A stretch of DNA of 64,000 bases from Flavobacteriales bacterium (GTDB lineage: Bacteria > Bacteroidota > Bacteroidia > Flavobacteriales_D > CAJJDF01). A program made the position numbers and the translations under genes. The notes below the pieces were generated by a model. The model had not been told where the DNA came from. It searched no databases and saw only the letters and a program-made list of their open reading frames with translations. The stretch is from the NCBI GenBank assembly GCA_020630395.1, contig JAHDBM010000011.1, positions 2,758-66,757 on the forward strand, read 5' to 3'. The stretch's first letter is position 1; each line of letters begins with the position of its first letter. Shown piece by piece: positions 40,682-51,009 of the stretch.

Positions 40682-42022
40682 CTAAAGAAAAAAGCGTTCT
40701 ATTTTATGAATAGAATCGGTAAGTGAAAATACAATGGCCTTATCATTGGGTTCAATTTGAAAATCCCCAAAAGGAATAAAACCTTTACCATCTCTAATAA
40801 CACCTGCTATTCTAGCATTATCTGGAAATTTAAGATTCTTAATCTTTTTTCTGGTAACCTTAGACTTAGCTTTTACATTAAACTCAATAATTTCAGCATC
40901 AACACCATGTAAGCTAACGATAGCATCAACATCTCCTTTTCTAACATATTTAAAAATGTTACCCGCAGCAATTATCTTTTTATTGATTAACGTATCTATT
41001 CCTATATTTTGCGACAAATGGATGTAATCTAAGTTTTCTACACGAGCAATTGTCTTCGTGACACCATTATTTTTAGCAACAAGACATGAAATGATATTTC
41101 GTTCGGAATCTCCTGTAGCAGCAATAAAAGCATCCATCTCAGATAACCCTTCTTCTCTTATAGCTTCAACATTACTACCATCAATATTAAGAACCAAGGT
41201 ATTTTTTAATACCTCTGTTATCTTTTCACACTTATCTCTATCAGCTTCTAATAAAATTACTTTGTAAGTATCTTCTAATAGCATAGCAGTCCTCACACCT
41301 ATCCTACTACCTCCCATTATCATGACATTTCTAATTTCAACACATGATTGGTCACACAATGCAGTTAAATCATCAATTGCTTCTGGTGCTGACATGAAAT
41401 ACATGATGTCATTTTCTAATACTTTAGTATCTCTATCTACCATGATAGTATCTTCCAATCTATGAATAGCAATAGGTTTAAAACTTAAATTTGGATTTAA
41501 ATAAGCACTTTCTTCTACGGTTTTATCTCTTAAAGGAGATTTATCGCCTATTGGTAATCCAAAAACAGAAAGACTATCATCTTCAAATCCAAAGCTATCA
41601 GTAAAAGCTGATTTAGAAATTAACCTAACTATCTCATCAGCAGCCAACTGAACTGGAGATATAAGCGTATTCACCCCAAGATCCTTATACATAGATTGTA
41701 TATCAGGATCTAAGTTTTCCATATTACTTATCCTAGCTATGGTTTGTTTTGCGCCATATTTTTTAGCAATAATAGAAACTAAAAGATTTGTTTTTTCAGA
41801 TGAAGTAACTGCAATAAGAAGATCACAAGAAGAAACCTTAGCTTCTTGTAAAACCTCTAAAGACGTAGCGTCACCTTTAATAGGATAAATATCTATATGA
41901 GATTGAACGTAACTAAGCCTAGCTTCATCTTGATCAATAAGGTAAATATCTTGTAACTCACTAGATAACATTTTTGCTAAATGATAACCAACATCTCCTG
42001 CACCTGTAATTATTATTCTCAT
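40682..42022 (-). CDS. trkA: Trk potassium uptake gating subunit
   Basis: Two RCK domains: GAGDVG and GGSRIG. Confidence 0.95.
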   Translation of the reverse strand: MRIIITGAGDVGYHLAKMLSSELQDIYLIDQDEARLSYVQSHIDIYPIKGDATSLEVLQEAKVSSCDLLIAVTSSEKTNLLVSIIAKKYGAKQTIARISNMENLDPDIQSMYKDLGVNTLISPVQLAADEIVRLISKSAFTDSFGFEDDSLSVFGLPIGDKSPLRDKTVEESAYLNPNLSFKPIAIHRLEDTIMVDRDTKVLENDIMYFMSAPEAIDDLTALCDQSCVEIRNVMIMGGSRIGVRTAMLLEDTYKVILLEADRDKCEKITEVLKNTLVLNIDGSNVEAIREEGLSEMDAFIAATGDSERNIISCLVAKNNGVTKTIARVENLDYIHLSQNIGIDTLINKKIIAAGNIFKYVRKGDVDAIVSLHGVDAEIIEFNVKAKSKVTRKKIKNLKFPDNARIAGVIRDGKGFIPFGDFQIEPNDKAIVFSLTDSIHKIERFFL

Positions 42023-42128
42023 GGATTAAAAAATCATCAATATTGACCTATTTGTATCAAATTTAAATCATTTTTTTATTTGATTAAAATAAATCTCGTA
42101 AAGCAAAGTATTATACTAAAATAGACCC

Positions 42129-42136
42129 TATATTTG
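42129..42136 (+). promoter_or_regulatory. -7 promoter element for mrdA-rodA
   Basis: TATATTTG 30 nt upstream of ATG 42167. Confidence 0.5.
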
Positions 42137-42166
42137 AATTATATATTATTTAAGATTTTATAATAA

Positions 42167-43957
42167 ATGAAGCCAGTTTCGTATGATGATCGTAGAAACA
42201 CCATTTTGGTGATTATACTGGCTATTGGTATCATTTTTGTCTTTAGATTGTTATTCATACAAGTCATTAGTCCTAAATGGAAAAATGAAGCCCTGAAAGT
42301 ATCCGAAACTAAAAGAACGATACAACCGTCAAGAGGGTTAATTTTTGATAGAAACGGAACATTATTAGCTTTAAACACACCTGGATACGAGCTATGGGTA
42401 ACTCCAAGAAAAACAAATCATTTTGATACAACTGAATTAGCTAATCTTATTGGAGTGTCAGACAGCTTGTTTAAAGCTAATTACCAAAAACTTACCAAAA
42501 ACCCTAAAACTAAACAACTAATATCAAAAAAAGTTCCTAAAGAAAATGTACATAGATTAAATGCTGTTTTATATCGACTGAAAGGCTTTGAATTACAGGA
42601 TAATTCTAGAAGAGATTATCCCTTAGGAATTGCTCCACATGTTTTAGGATACATTAGAGAAGTTGATAAAAAAACCATTGAAAAAAAACCTTACTACAGA
42701 CCAAGAGATTTAATAGGAAAGTCTGGCATAGAAAAATACTATGAAAAAATATTAAGAGGTGATAGAGGAAAGAACCAATTTTTAAAAGATGCCTATGGTA
42801 ATTTAAAAGAAGTAGTTTCTACCGATTCTGCAAAAGCAGGATCTAATTTAACAACTACTCTTGATGCTGATTTACAAGCTTACAGTGAATTATTAATGAA
42901 AAACAAGATTGGCAGTATAGTAGCTATTGAGCCAAGTACAGGTGAAATTTTAACTATGGTCTCTTCACCTACTTTTAATCAAGATAATTTAAGATCAGAT
43001 TCTATTGGAGAGTTATTCCAACCCACATTTAATAGACCATTACAGTCCCAATACCCTCCTGGTTCAATTTTTAAAATGGTTCAAGGACTAATTGCTCTTG
43101 AAATGGGAGCTATAAACGTTAACACCACTATTGCGTGTAAAAAAGATTTAGTTGGATGCCATAATCATCCAACTGCACGTTCTCTGCCAGAAGCTATTAA
43201 ATATTCATGTAACCCTTATTTTTTTCAATCTCTTGGTTTTATGGCGCATAAAATGGAAGGGAATAGTATTCATGAAAAAAGTGAAAAAGCACTAACCTAC
43301 TGGAATAAACAAGTGAAATCTTTTGGATTAGGAACTGATTTAAAAGTAGATGTTCCCAACTATAAAAAAGGAAGCATTCCTAACTGTGCCTTATACGACA
43401 AAATGTACAAAGGAATGAACTGGAATTACAGAACCTGTAATTCTATTAGTATTGGACAAGGAGAAATGCTTATTACTCCGCTACAAATGGCAAATTTAGC
43501 TTGTATTTTTGGAAACAGAGGCCATTATTATTATCCCCACTTTTTAAAACCAACAAAAAACCAACAAATTGATTCTATTTTTACCCAAATAAATTACACT
43601 GGTGTAAATAAAGACAACTTTCCTCTTATTGCTGATGCTATGCAACAAGTAGTTGAAGGTGTTGGTGGAACCGCTAGACTAGCTAAAATAGAAGGTGTTA
43701 TTGTATGTGGTAAAACAGGAACAGCTCAAAACCCTCAAGGAGAAGATCATTCTGTTTTTATTGCTTTCGCCCCTAAAGAAAATCCTAAAATTGCTATTTC
43801 AGTTTATATAGAAAATGCTGGTTTTGGTGGAACATGGGCTGCTCCTACTGCAAGTTTAATAATAGAAAAATATCTTACTGATACTATTAAAGATAAATGG
43901 AAAGAGAAAAGAATATTAGAAGCTGATTTAATACCTAAAAAAGAAGAAAATAATTGA
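42167..43957 (+). CDS. mrdA: Penicillin-binding protein 2
   Basis: RGLIFDRNG, GKSGIE, PGSIFK (SxxK), SCN, KTGTAQ; precedes rodA. Confidence 0.93.
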   Translation: MKPVSYDDRRNTILVIILAIGIIFVFRLLFIQVISPKWKNEALKVSETKRTIQPSRGLIFDRNGTLLALNTPGYELWVTPRKTNHFDTTELANLIGVSDSLFKANYQKLTKNPKTKQLISKKVPKENVHRLNAVLYRLKGFELQDNSRRDYPLGIAPHVLGYIREVDKKTIEKKPYYRPRDLIGKSGIEKYYEKILRGDRGKNQFLKDAYGNLKEVVSTDSAKAGSNLTTTLDADLQAYSELLMKNKIGSIVAIEPSTGEILTMVSSPTFNQDNLRSDSIGELFQPTFNRPLQSQYPPGSIFKMVQGLIALEMGAINVNTTIACKKDLVGCHNHPTARSLPEAIKYSCNPYFFQSLGFMAHKMEGNSIHEKSEKALTYWNKQVKSFGLGTDLKVDVPNYKKGSIPNCALYDKMYKGMNWNYRTCNSISIGQGEMLITPLQMANLACIFGNRGHYYYPHFLKPTKNQQIDSIFTQINYTGVNKDNFPLIADAMQQVVEGVGGTARLAKIEGVIVCGKTGTAQNPQGEDHSVFIAFAPKENPKIAISVYIENAGFGGTWAAPTASLIIEKYLTDTIKDKWKEKRILEADLIPKKEENN

Positions 43958-45273
43958 AAACGGCATTAAATAATATAGATTATATAACACTACTACTATG
44001 TGTAGTCCTAGCTACTATGGGAGTTTTTGCTATTTATTCTTCTTCTTACAATGAAGAATTCCCTTCTATTTTTTCACTTAACATGTCTTATGGCAAACAA
44101 ATTCTATGGGGAGGAATTTCAATAGTAATTGGGGCTATTATTTTACTATTAGAGCCTGATTTTATTAGAAAAAACACTATATACTTTTATGGTTTTACTA
44201 TATTCCTCTTATTATTAGTTCTTATTGTTGGAGAAGAACGAAACGGGGCAAAAGCTTGGTTTGGTGTTGGAAGTTTTGGTATTCAGCCAGCCGAATTTAT
44301 GAAAATAGCTGTTAGTTTAATGCTCGCAAAAAAACTATCTGAATCAAATGTTTCTATTCGGAAAAATGACACACAAATACAAATAGCAGGTATTATTTTT
44401 CTTCCCATTATGCTAATTTTACTTCAACCTGATTTAGGAACAGTATTGGTCTTTATGGCTTTTATATTGGTTTTATACAGAGAAGGATTATCGGGCAACA
44501 TTCTTTTATATGGAATATTATTAGTTGTTGTAGCGATATCATCTCTAATACTAAACCCTTCTAAAACCTCTTTATTTGGCTTTGAATTTAGTTCTCTTTA
44601 TACGTTAGGCTTTGTTATTACATTAATCGCTATTGCCATCTTTGCATATATTAATGTTTTCTTTTACAAACGATATAGAAGAAAACCACTTATTAAGCTC
44701 CTTTTTGTATTAATAATTTCATTAATTGTTATACCAACTTCTGTATACTTTTTTAATAAAATACCTGAAGGAAATTATCAAAGAAAAAGAATTGAAATTA
44801 CACTAGGATTGAGAGAAGACCCTAAAGGGATTGGCTACAATATTCATCAAGCCTTATCTGCTATTGGGTCTGGAGAAGGAGCAGGAAAAGGCTATATGCA
44901 AGCAACACTCGCTAATAGTAAGTTTAAACAAGTACCAGAACAAAGTACTGATTTTATTTTTTGCACCATAGCCGAAGAATGGGGGTTTATAGGGGGATTT
45001 ATATTATTTTCTCTTTTTTTAACGCTCATCATCAGACTTATTCTAATTGCCGAAAGACAAAGAGCAACATTCGCTAGGGTATATATATATTCAATAGCCT
45101 GTATTCTATTTTTACATTTTGCCATAAACATAGGAATGGTAATGGGTATTGCTCCTATTATAGGTATTCCGCTTCCCTTTTTTAGCTATGGTGGTTCTTC
45201 ATTACTTGCTTTTAGCATCATGATTTTTATTGCTCTAAAATTAGATGCTGAACGATTAGACGCTTTTAGATAA
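43954..45273 (+). CDS. rodA: Rod shape-determining SEDS protein RodA
   Basis: IQPAEFMK, QPDLGT, PEQSTDFIF, PFFSYGGSS; TTG start overlapping mrdA stop. Confidence 0.93.
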   Translation: MKTALNNIDYITLLLCVVLATMGVFAIYSSSYNEEFPSIFSLNMSYGKQILWGGISIVIGAIILLLEPDFIRKNTIYFYGFTIFLLLLVLIVGEERNGAKAWFGVGSFGIQPAEFMKIAVSLMLAKKLSESNVSIRKNDTQIQIAGIIFLPIMLILLQPDLGTVLVFMAFILVLYREGLSGNILLYGILLVVVAISSLILNPSKTSLFGFEFSSLYTLGFVITLIAIAIFAYINVFFYKRYRRKPLIKLLFVLIISLIVIPTSVYFFNKIPEGNYQRKRIEITLGLREDPKGIGYNIHQALSAIGSGEGAGKGYMQATLANSKFKQVPEQSTDFIFCTIAEEWGFIGGFILFSLFLTLIIRLILIAERQRATFARVYIYSIACILFLHFAINIGMVMGIAPIIGIPLPFFSYGGSSLLAFSIMIFIALKLDAERLDAFR

Positions 45274-45386
45274 GCCTTATTAACATTTAAGTTGTTAAAG
45301 AAATGGTAAAAAGCATTAGCAAGAACAATTCTATATGTTATTTTTGAGTTTGATTGATATGAACCCAATCACTTTAGATTAAATTC

Positions 45387-48356
45387 ATGATAAGATTTAT
45401 ACAAATACTCATTTTTTCAGCATTTGGCTATGTTTCATTCTCACCACTACCAGGTGAAAAAAGTGAGTCAATACAAGAAACATCTATATTAAATAAGCAC
45501 ACGCTTCCTCCCTATTTGATAGGCAATCATCAATGGGCAGATTCTGTTTTCGATACGTTATCAGCTGATGAAAGAATAGCTCAATTACTTATGATTGCTG
45601 CATATTCTAATAAAGATGCAGCCCACGAAAAAAAGATTCTTGATCTAGTATCTAAACATAAGATTGGAGGATTAATTTTTATGCAAGGAACCCCTGAGAA
45701 ACAAGTAAAACTTAATAATAAATATCAAGCTAAAGCTAGGGTACCTCTAATGATTGCAATAGATGGTGAATGGGGACTGCCTATGAGGTTAAAGAAAACA
45801 TTTTTATTTCCTAAGCAAATGACACTTGGTGCAATTCAGAATGATTCTTTAATATACCAAATGGGAAAAGAAATGGCACAGCATTGCAAACGAATGGGAA
45901 TACATGTAAATTTTGCCCCAGTTGTAGATGTTAATAATAACCCAAACAATCCTATTATAAACTACAGGTCTTTTGGAGAAAATAGAGAAAATGTTTACAC
46001 CAAAGGACTAGCCTACATGAAAGGTATGCAAGATAATGGAATATTAGCTTGCGCAAAGCATTTCCCCGGTCATGGTGATACTGATGCAGATTCTCATAAA
46101 TCTCTACCAGTTATTAATCATAACATACCAAGACTAGATTCTATTGAGCTTTATCCATTCAAAAAATTAATTAAACAAGGTTTAGGGAGTATGATGGTTG
46201 CTCATTTATATATCCCAGCTCTAGATTCAACAAAAAATGTAGCCACTACCCTATCTCCGAAAGTAGTTAATGATTTATTAAAAGATTCTTTACAATTTAA
46301 AGGATTAATATTTACTGATGCACTTAACATGAAGGGGGTTAGCGCATTCTACAAACCAGGAGAAGTTGATGTAAAAGCTTTATTGGCGGGTAATGATATT
46401 TTATTATTCTCAGAAGATGTACCTACTGCTATTGCTGAAATAAAGAAAGCTATTGCTAAAGGTGAAATATCTCAAGAAGAAATTGATAAAAGATGTAAAA
46501 AAGTTCTTTATGCTAAAGAATGGTTAAAAGTCTCTAAGAAGAAAATAAGTGATAAAAGACTAAGAAAAGATTTAAATCCAACATCATCTGAAGTTACTAA
46601 TCGTTTACTTTATACAAATGCACTTACTATTGCTAAAAACAACAATGATCTTTTACCACTAAAAAGATTAGACACTTTATCTATAGCATCTGTAGTTATA
46701 GGAGACAGAGTAAACAACACCTTTCAAACCTATTTATCAAAGTATACAAAAATTAATCACTACAGTTTAAAAAAAGAAGCATCTCCTTCGCAGGTTGAGG
46801 CTATTTTAAAGAAACTACAAAAACACAACACAGTTGTTATTAGTGTGCATAAAACTAGAATGAATGGATCTTATGGAATTACAAGAAACACCATTAATAC
46901 CATCCAAAAAATTGCAGAAAAAAATCGTGTTATATTAAATTTCCCTACAAATCCTTACGCGCTTGATAAATTTGATAGTACCAACAACATTGAGGCTATT
47001 ATTGTATCCTATGAAGACAATAAATACACCAAAGAACTTACCCCTCAATTAATTTTTGGAGGTATTGGTGCAAGTGGTAAACTACCAGTATCAGGATCTG
47101 CAGATTTTCCTGCAGGAACAGGATTTAATACTCAATCAATACGGTTAAGATATTCTACGCCAGAAATGGTTGGCATTACAAGTAAAAAACTTATTTGGAT
47201 AGATACAATTGCCAATAGAAGTATAAGAGATACTGCCTTCCCAGGCTGTCAAATATTAGTCGCTAAAAATGGTCACGTTATTTATAATAAAGCGTTTGGA
47301 CATCATACATATAACAGAAAAAGAAAAGTTAAAACAACCGATTTATATGATGTAGCGTCTGTAACAAAAGTAGCTGTTTCCACACCTTTGGTAATGAAAA
47401 TGCACCAAGAAGGAAAACTCACATTAGATAGCAAGCTTACTGATTACTTACCCGATATTGTTGACTCAACTGCTTATGAAAAAATAGTAATTAAAGATAT
47501 GTTAGCTCATCAAGCTAGGTTTACCCCTTGGATACCTTTTTATAGCGCTACACTAAAAAACAAAGAATTAAACCCTAGATTTTATCGAAAATCAAGAACA
47601 TCATTCTATAATACTGAGGTAGCAAAAAACATCTATATCTATAAAAATTATAAAAATGCTATCCTTAAAAGAATTATTAGGACCAAACTTAGAAAAAGAA
47701 AAAAATACAAGTACAGTGATGTAGGTTATTACTTTTTAAAAGAAATAATTGAACGAAAAACAAACAAAAGACTTGACAAAGTAATTGACAGCATGTATTA
47801 TTCATCTTTAGGTCTTCAGTATGCAACATACAACCCAAAAGAGAAATACAAATTAAATCAAATTGTTCCTACTGAAAACGACACCATATTCAGAAAACAA
47901 CTTATTCATGGCTATGTTCATGACCAAGGAGCAGCTATGATGGGAGGAGTTGGTGGTCATGCAGGGTTATTTTCTAACGCTAATGATTTAGCTGTTATTA
48001 TGCAAATGTACCTCAACAAAGGTTCTTATGGTGGTATTAAATACCTTAATGATACAACTGTTGATGTTTTTACTAAAGCAAATTTTAAAAGTAATGACAA
48101 CAGGAGAGGTTTAGGCTTTGACAAACCTGTTTTATCACTTAAAAGTGGACCTACATGCGAACTTGTTTCCTTAGATAGTTATGGACATTCAGGGTTTACA
48201 GGAACGAGAGTTTGGGCAGATCCAAAACATGATTTAGTATATATATTTTTATCTAATCGGGTATATCCTGATGCGGAAAATTGGAAGATTGTTAGAAAAG
48301 ATATTAGAACGCGAATAGAAAAAGTGATCTATCAATCTTTTTTAGATAAAAAATAA
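45387..48356 (+). CDS. GH3 beta-N-acetylglucosaminidase fused to beta-lactamase-fold serine hydrolase
   Basis: DGEWG, KHFPGHGDTDADSH, FTDALNM; ASVTK, YSD, GHAGLF, GHSGFTGT. Confidence 0.92.
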   Translation: MIRFIQILIFSAFGYVSFSPLPGEKSESIQETSILNKHTLPPYLIGNHQWADSVFDTLSADERIAQLLMIAAYSNKDAAHEKKILDLVSKHKIGGLIFMQGTPEKQVKLNNKYQAKARVPLMIAIDGEWGLPMRLKKTFLFPKQMTLGAIQNDSLIYQMGKEMAQHCKRMGIHVNFAPVVDVNNNPNNPIINYRSFGENRENVYTKGLAYMKGMQDNGILACAKHFPGHGDTDADSHKSLPVINHNIPRLDSIELYPFKKLIKQGLGSMMVAHLYIPALDSTKNVATTLSPKVVNDLLKDSLQFKGLIFTDALNMKGVSAFYKPGEVDVKALLAGNDILLFSEDVPTAIAEIKKAIAKGEISQEEIDKRCKKVLYAKEWLKVSKKKISDKRLRKDLNPTSSEVTNRLLYTNALTIAKNNNDLLPLKRLDTLSIASVVIGDRVNNTFQTYLSKYTKINHYSLKKEASPSQVEAILKKLQKHNTVVISVHKTRMNGSYGITRNTINTIQKIAEKNRVILNFPTNPYALDKFDSTNNIEAIIVSYEDNKYTKELTPQLIFGGIGASGKLPVSGSADFPAGTGFNTQSIRLRYSTPEMVGITSKKLIWIDTIANRSIRDTAFPGCQILVAKNGHVIYNKAFGHHTYNRKRKVKTTDLYDVASVTKVAVSTPLVMKMHQEGKLTLDSKLTDYLPDIVDSTAYEKIVIKDMLAHQARFTPWIPFYSATLKNKELNPRFYRKSRTSFYNTEVAKNIYIYKNYKNAILKRIIRTKLRKRKKYKYSDVGYYFLKEIIERKTNKRLDKVIDSMYYSSLGLQYATYNPKEKYKLNQIVPTENDTIFRKQLIHGYVHDQGAAMMGGVGGHAGLFSNANDLAVIMQMYLNKGSYGGIKYLNDTTVDVFTKANFKSNDNRRGLGFDKPVLSLKSGPTCELVSLDSYGHSGFTGTRVWADPKHDLVYIFLSNRVYPDAENWKIVRKDIRTRIEKVIYQSFLDKK

Positions 48357-48401
48357 CCCAATAATACTTAACTAAGACCTAACTACTTCGTAAGTTTAAA
48401 T

Positions 48402-50906
48402 ATGAAATTACTTATACTCTTATTTTTACCTCTTTCTTTATGTTCACAGATTTGGCAATCTAGCCTAGTAAACATTGACACTTCAGGACATTTAACATAC
48501 TTCCCTGACAGCAACAATTTTATTATACCTGATTATTCTGTTGTGGGGTATAAAGGAAATGGTGTTTTAGATATTCCTAGCAGTATTCCTATCGTACATA
48601 CAATAAACCCTATAGCAGGAGATAATACCAATCACATACAAAGTGCTATAAATTATGTTTCTTCACTGCCAATACAATCAAATGGATTTAGAGGAGCACT
48701 TAAATTAAATGCTGGTACATATTACACCTCTAACACATTAACATTAAGAGCATCTGGAGTAGTTATATATGGAGATGGAGACGGAGCTACCTCATCAAGT
48801 AACACTATTATACATTGTACTTCTACTTCTCAAATCGCTATGCTAGATGTTGGGGCTGGAAATAAAAATGAATGGTGGGAAAGTAAAGTTCCAGCTACAC
48901 AAACTAATATTACAGACTCTATAGTACCTGTAGGCTCAAAAACATTTACAGTTCAAAATGCAAGTTCATATAATGTTGGGGATAATATTATAATTTATTA
49001 CCCATTTACTAACGCGTTATTAGCTGCAATTGACTATGGAGGAACTCAAGGAGGACCAAATTGGACTACCTCTTATTTTTCTACTAGAGCAATTCGATAT
49101 AACACTTTTATTACTAACATAACTGGTAATACTATTACGACTGTTAGTCCTGTGTTTTATACACTAAATAAATCTTTATCTCAACCCTATATTTACAAAT
49201 ATGACAACAGTAACTTAGTGACTAATATTGGCATTGAAAATATTAGATTTGATATGGACTATACCTCAAGTACAGATGAATCTCATCCCGTTACTTGCCT
49301 TTCCGTTACAGAAGCTGAAAACGTATGGGTAAGACATTGTACTGCTTTACATTTTGTTAGATATGGCTTTGTTACTTATTCTGCTAATTATGTAACATTT
49401 GATAATTGTGAATCATTAGATCCTATTTCTCAAATTACTGGGTATAGAAGATATAATTTTGGGGTAGAAGTTGGTTCTCAAAATACATTGTTCAGTAATT
49501 GTCATACTAGAAATGCTCGCCATGCATTTATATCTAATGGACAATCTACAACTGCAGGAATGGTAGTTTACAACTGTACTGCAACTGAAAGACATGACGT
49601 AGCTGAAGGTCATAAACATTGGACTACTGGTATATTATGGGATCAATACTTAGACTATGGTCCACAAAATCATCAACATGCTTTAGGTCTTCATAATAGA
49701 GGAAGCTGGGGAAGTGATACCCATGGATGGGCTAATGTTCATGCTGTAGCATGGAATTGTGATGTAACAGGAAATGCTCCTGATGGTAAAATCATATTAC
49801 AACAACCTCCAACTGCTCAAAACTATGCTATTGGCTGTAAAGGTGATGTGATTAATAATAGTCCATGGTCAGCACCTAGGGGCTACGAAGAAGGTACAAA
49901 CAGTTCAGGTACACTTAATCCTCCTTCTTTGTACATAGCTCAGTTACATGACCGACTTAATTTAGCTAACGACACAACCCCACCAACTGTACCTTATAAT
50001 TTAGATACCATTGCTGTAACATACAATACCATTCATATTAAATGGAATAAAAGTACTGACAACAACTATGTTAATTACTACATATTAAGAAATAATACTA
50101 TAATAGATAGTACAGGTGACACTAATTATCTTGATATAAACTTAGCACCATCTACTGCGTATTTATATTCCATAAAGGCATATGACTTATCTCATAATAT
50201 ATCAACCAATAGTGCTAGCCTATCTGTTGTAACAAAGCCCATTTCTTACCCAAGAATTGACACGATAAGTTCGGTTCCCCAACCGCTAAACAATGGAGAT
50301 AAACTATTTGATAATAATATTAATGATAGCTCCAGATGGTCTGCCGAATTTTATCCTCAATGGGTTATTATTGATTATGGAAAAGATTCAGTGTTTCATA
50401 CAACCAAACTATGGACATACCAAAATAGAGCATATCAATTTTATATATACGCTAGCTCAAATATCAATGATGTTATTAATGAAATACCAGGATCATTAAT
50501 TGTAGATAGAAGTATTAATACTGCTAATGTTCTACCTATTACTGATAATTTCCTCCCAATCACAGCTAGATATGTAAAGATAAAGGTTGTAGGTGCATCA
50601 GGCTATACAGGTAATTGGATAAGTCTTAATGAATTTGCCATACTTGGGTCAGGATCTACTGCTATTCAAGAAACATATGATAATGTTAAGTTAATTCCAA
50701 ATCCTGCTCAAGATATATTATCATTTGTAACCAAAGACAATGTTGAAGCCATTGAAATATACTCTATAAGCGGAAAACGAATAAATCAGTTTAAGACCAT
50801 AGGTCAAAACGCCATAAATATATCTAAACTTAACAAAGGAAAATATTTTATTAAATTACAGTTAAAATCTAATAAAATAATAACGACATATTTCATAAAA
50901 ACATAG
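48402..50906 (+). CDS. T9SS type A protein: pectin-lyase-like beta-helix, FN3, F5/8-type C (CBM32-like)
   Basis: IPDYSVVGY, IQSAIN, GIENIRF, ARH, HKHW; DTTPPTVP FN3; SRWSA..ARYVKI; IPNP..KGKYFI. Confidence 0.82.
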   Translation: MKLLILLFLPLSLCSQIWQSSLVNIDTSGHLTYFPDSNNFIIPDYSVVGYKGNGVLDIPSSIPIVHTINPIAGDNTNHIQSAINYVSSLPIQSNGFRGALKLNAGTYYTSNTLTLRASGVVIYGDGDGATSSSNTIIHCTSTSQIAMLDVGAGNKNEWWESKVPATQTNITDSIVPVGSKTFTVQNASSYNVGDNIIIYYPFTNALLAAIDYGGTQGGPNWTTSYFSTRAIRYNTFITNITGNTITTVSPVFYTLNKSLSQPYIYKYDNSNLVTNIGIENIRFDMDYTSSTDESHPVTCLSVTEAENVWVRHCTALHFVRYGFVTYSANYVTFDNCESLDPISQITGYRRYNFGVEVGSQNTLFSNCHTRNARHAFISNGQSTTAGMVVYNCTATERHDVAEGHKHWTTGILWDQYLDYGPQNHQHALGLHNRGSWGSDTHGWANVHAVAWNCDVTGNAPDGKIILQQPPTAQNYAIGCKGDVINNSPWSAPRGYEEGTNSSGTLNPPSLYIAQLHDRLNLANDTTPPTVPYNLDTIAVTYNTIHIKWNKSTDNNYVNYYILRNNTIIDSTGDTNYLDINLAPSTAYLYSIKAYDLSHNISTNSASLSVVTKPISYPRIDTISSVPQPLNNGDKLFDNNINDSSRWSAEFYPQWVIIDYGKDSVFHTTKLWTYQNRAYQFYIYASSNINDVINEIPGSLIVDRSINTANVLPITDNFLPITARYVKIKVVGASGYTGNWISLNEFAILGSGSTAIQETYDNVKLIPNPAQDILSFVTKDNVEAIEIYSISGKRINQFKTIGQNAINISKLNKGKYFIKLQLKSNKIITTYFIKT

Positions 50907-51009
50907 ATAATATCGAGTACATAACAAATGTTATTATGCTATATTTTTACATAAAAAAAGACAACCATTTATTATATTGACACGTAAAATATATAATATA
51001 TCACGTAAA

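Noticed and set aside
47130-48356. Beta-lactamase resistance gene
   Set aside because: Domain is fused to a NagZ-type GH3, a common Bacteroidota architecture better explained by cell-wall turnover
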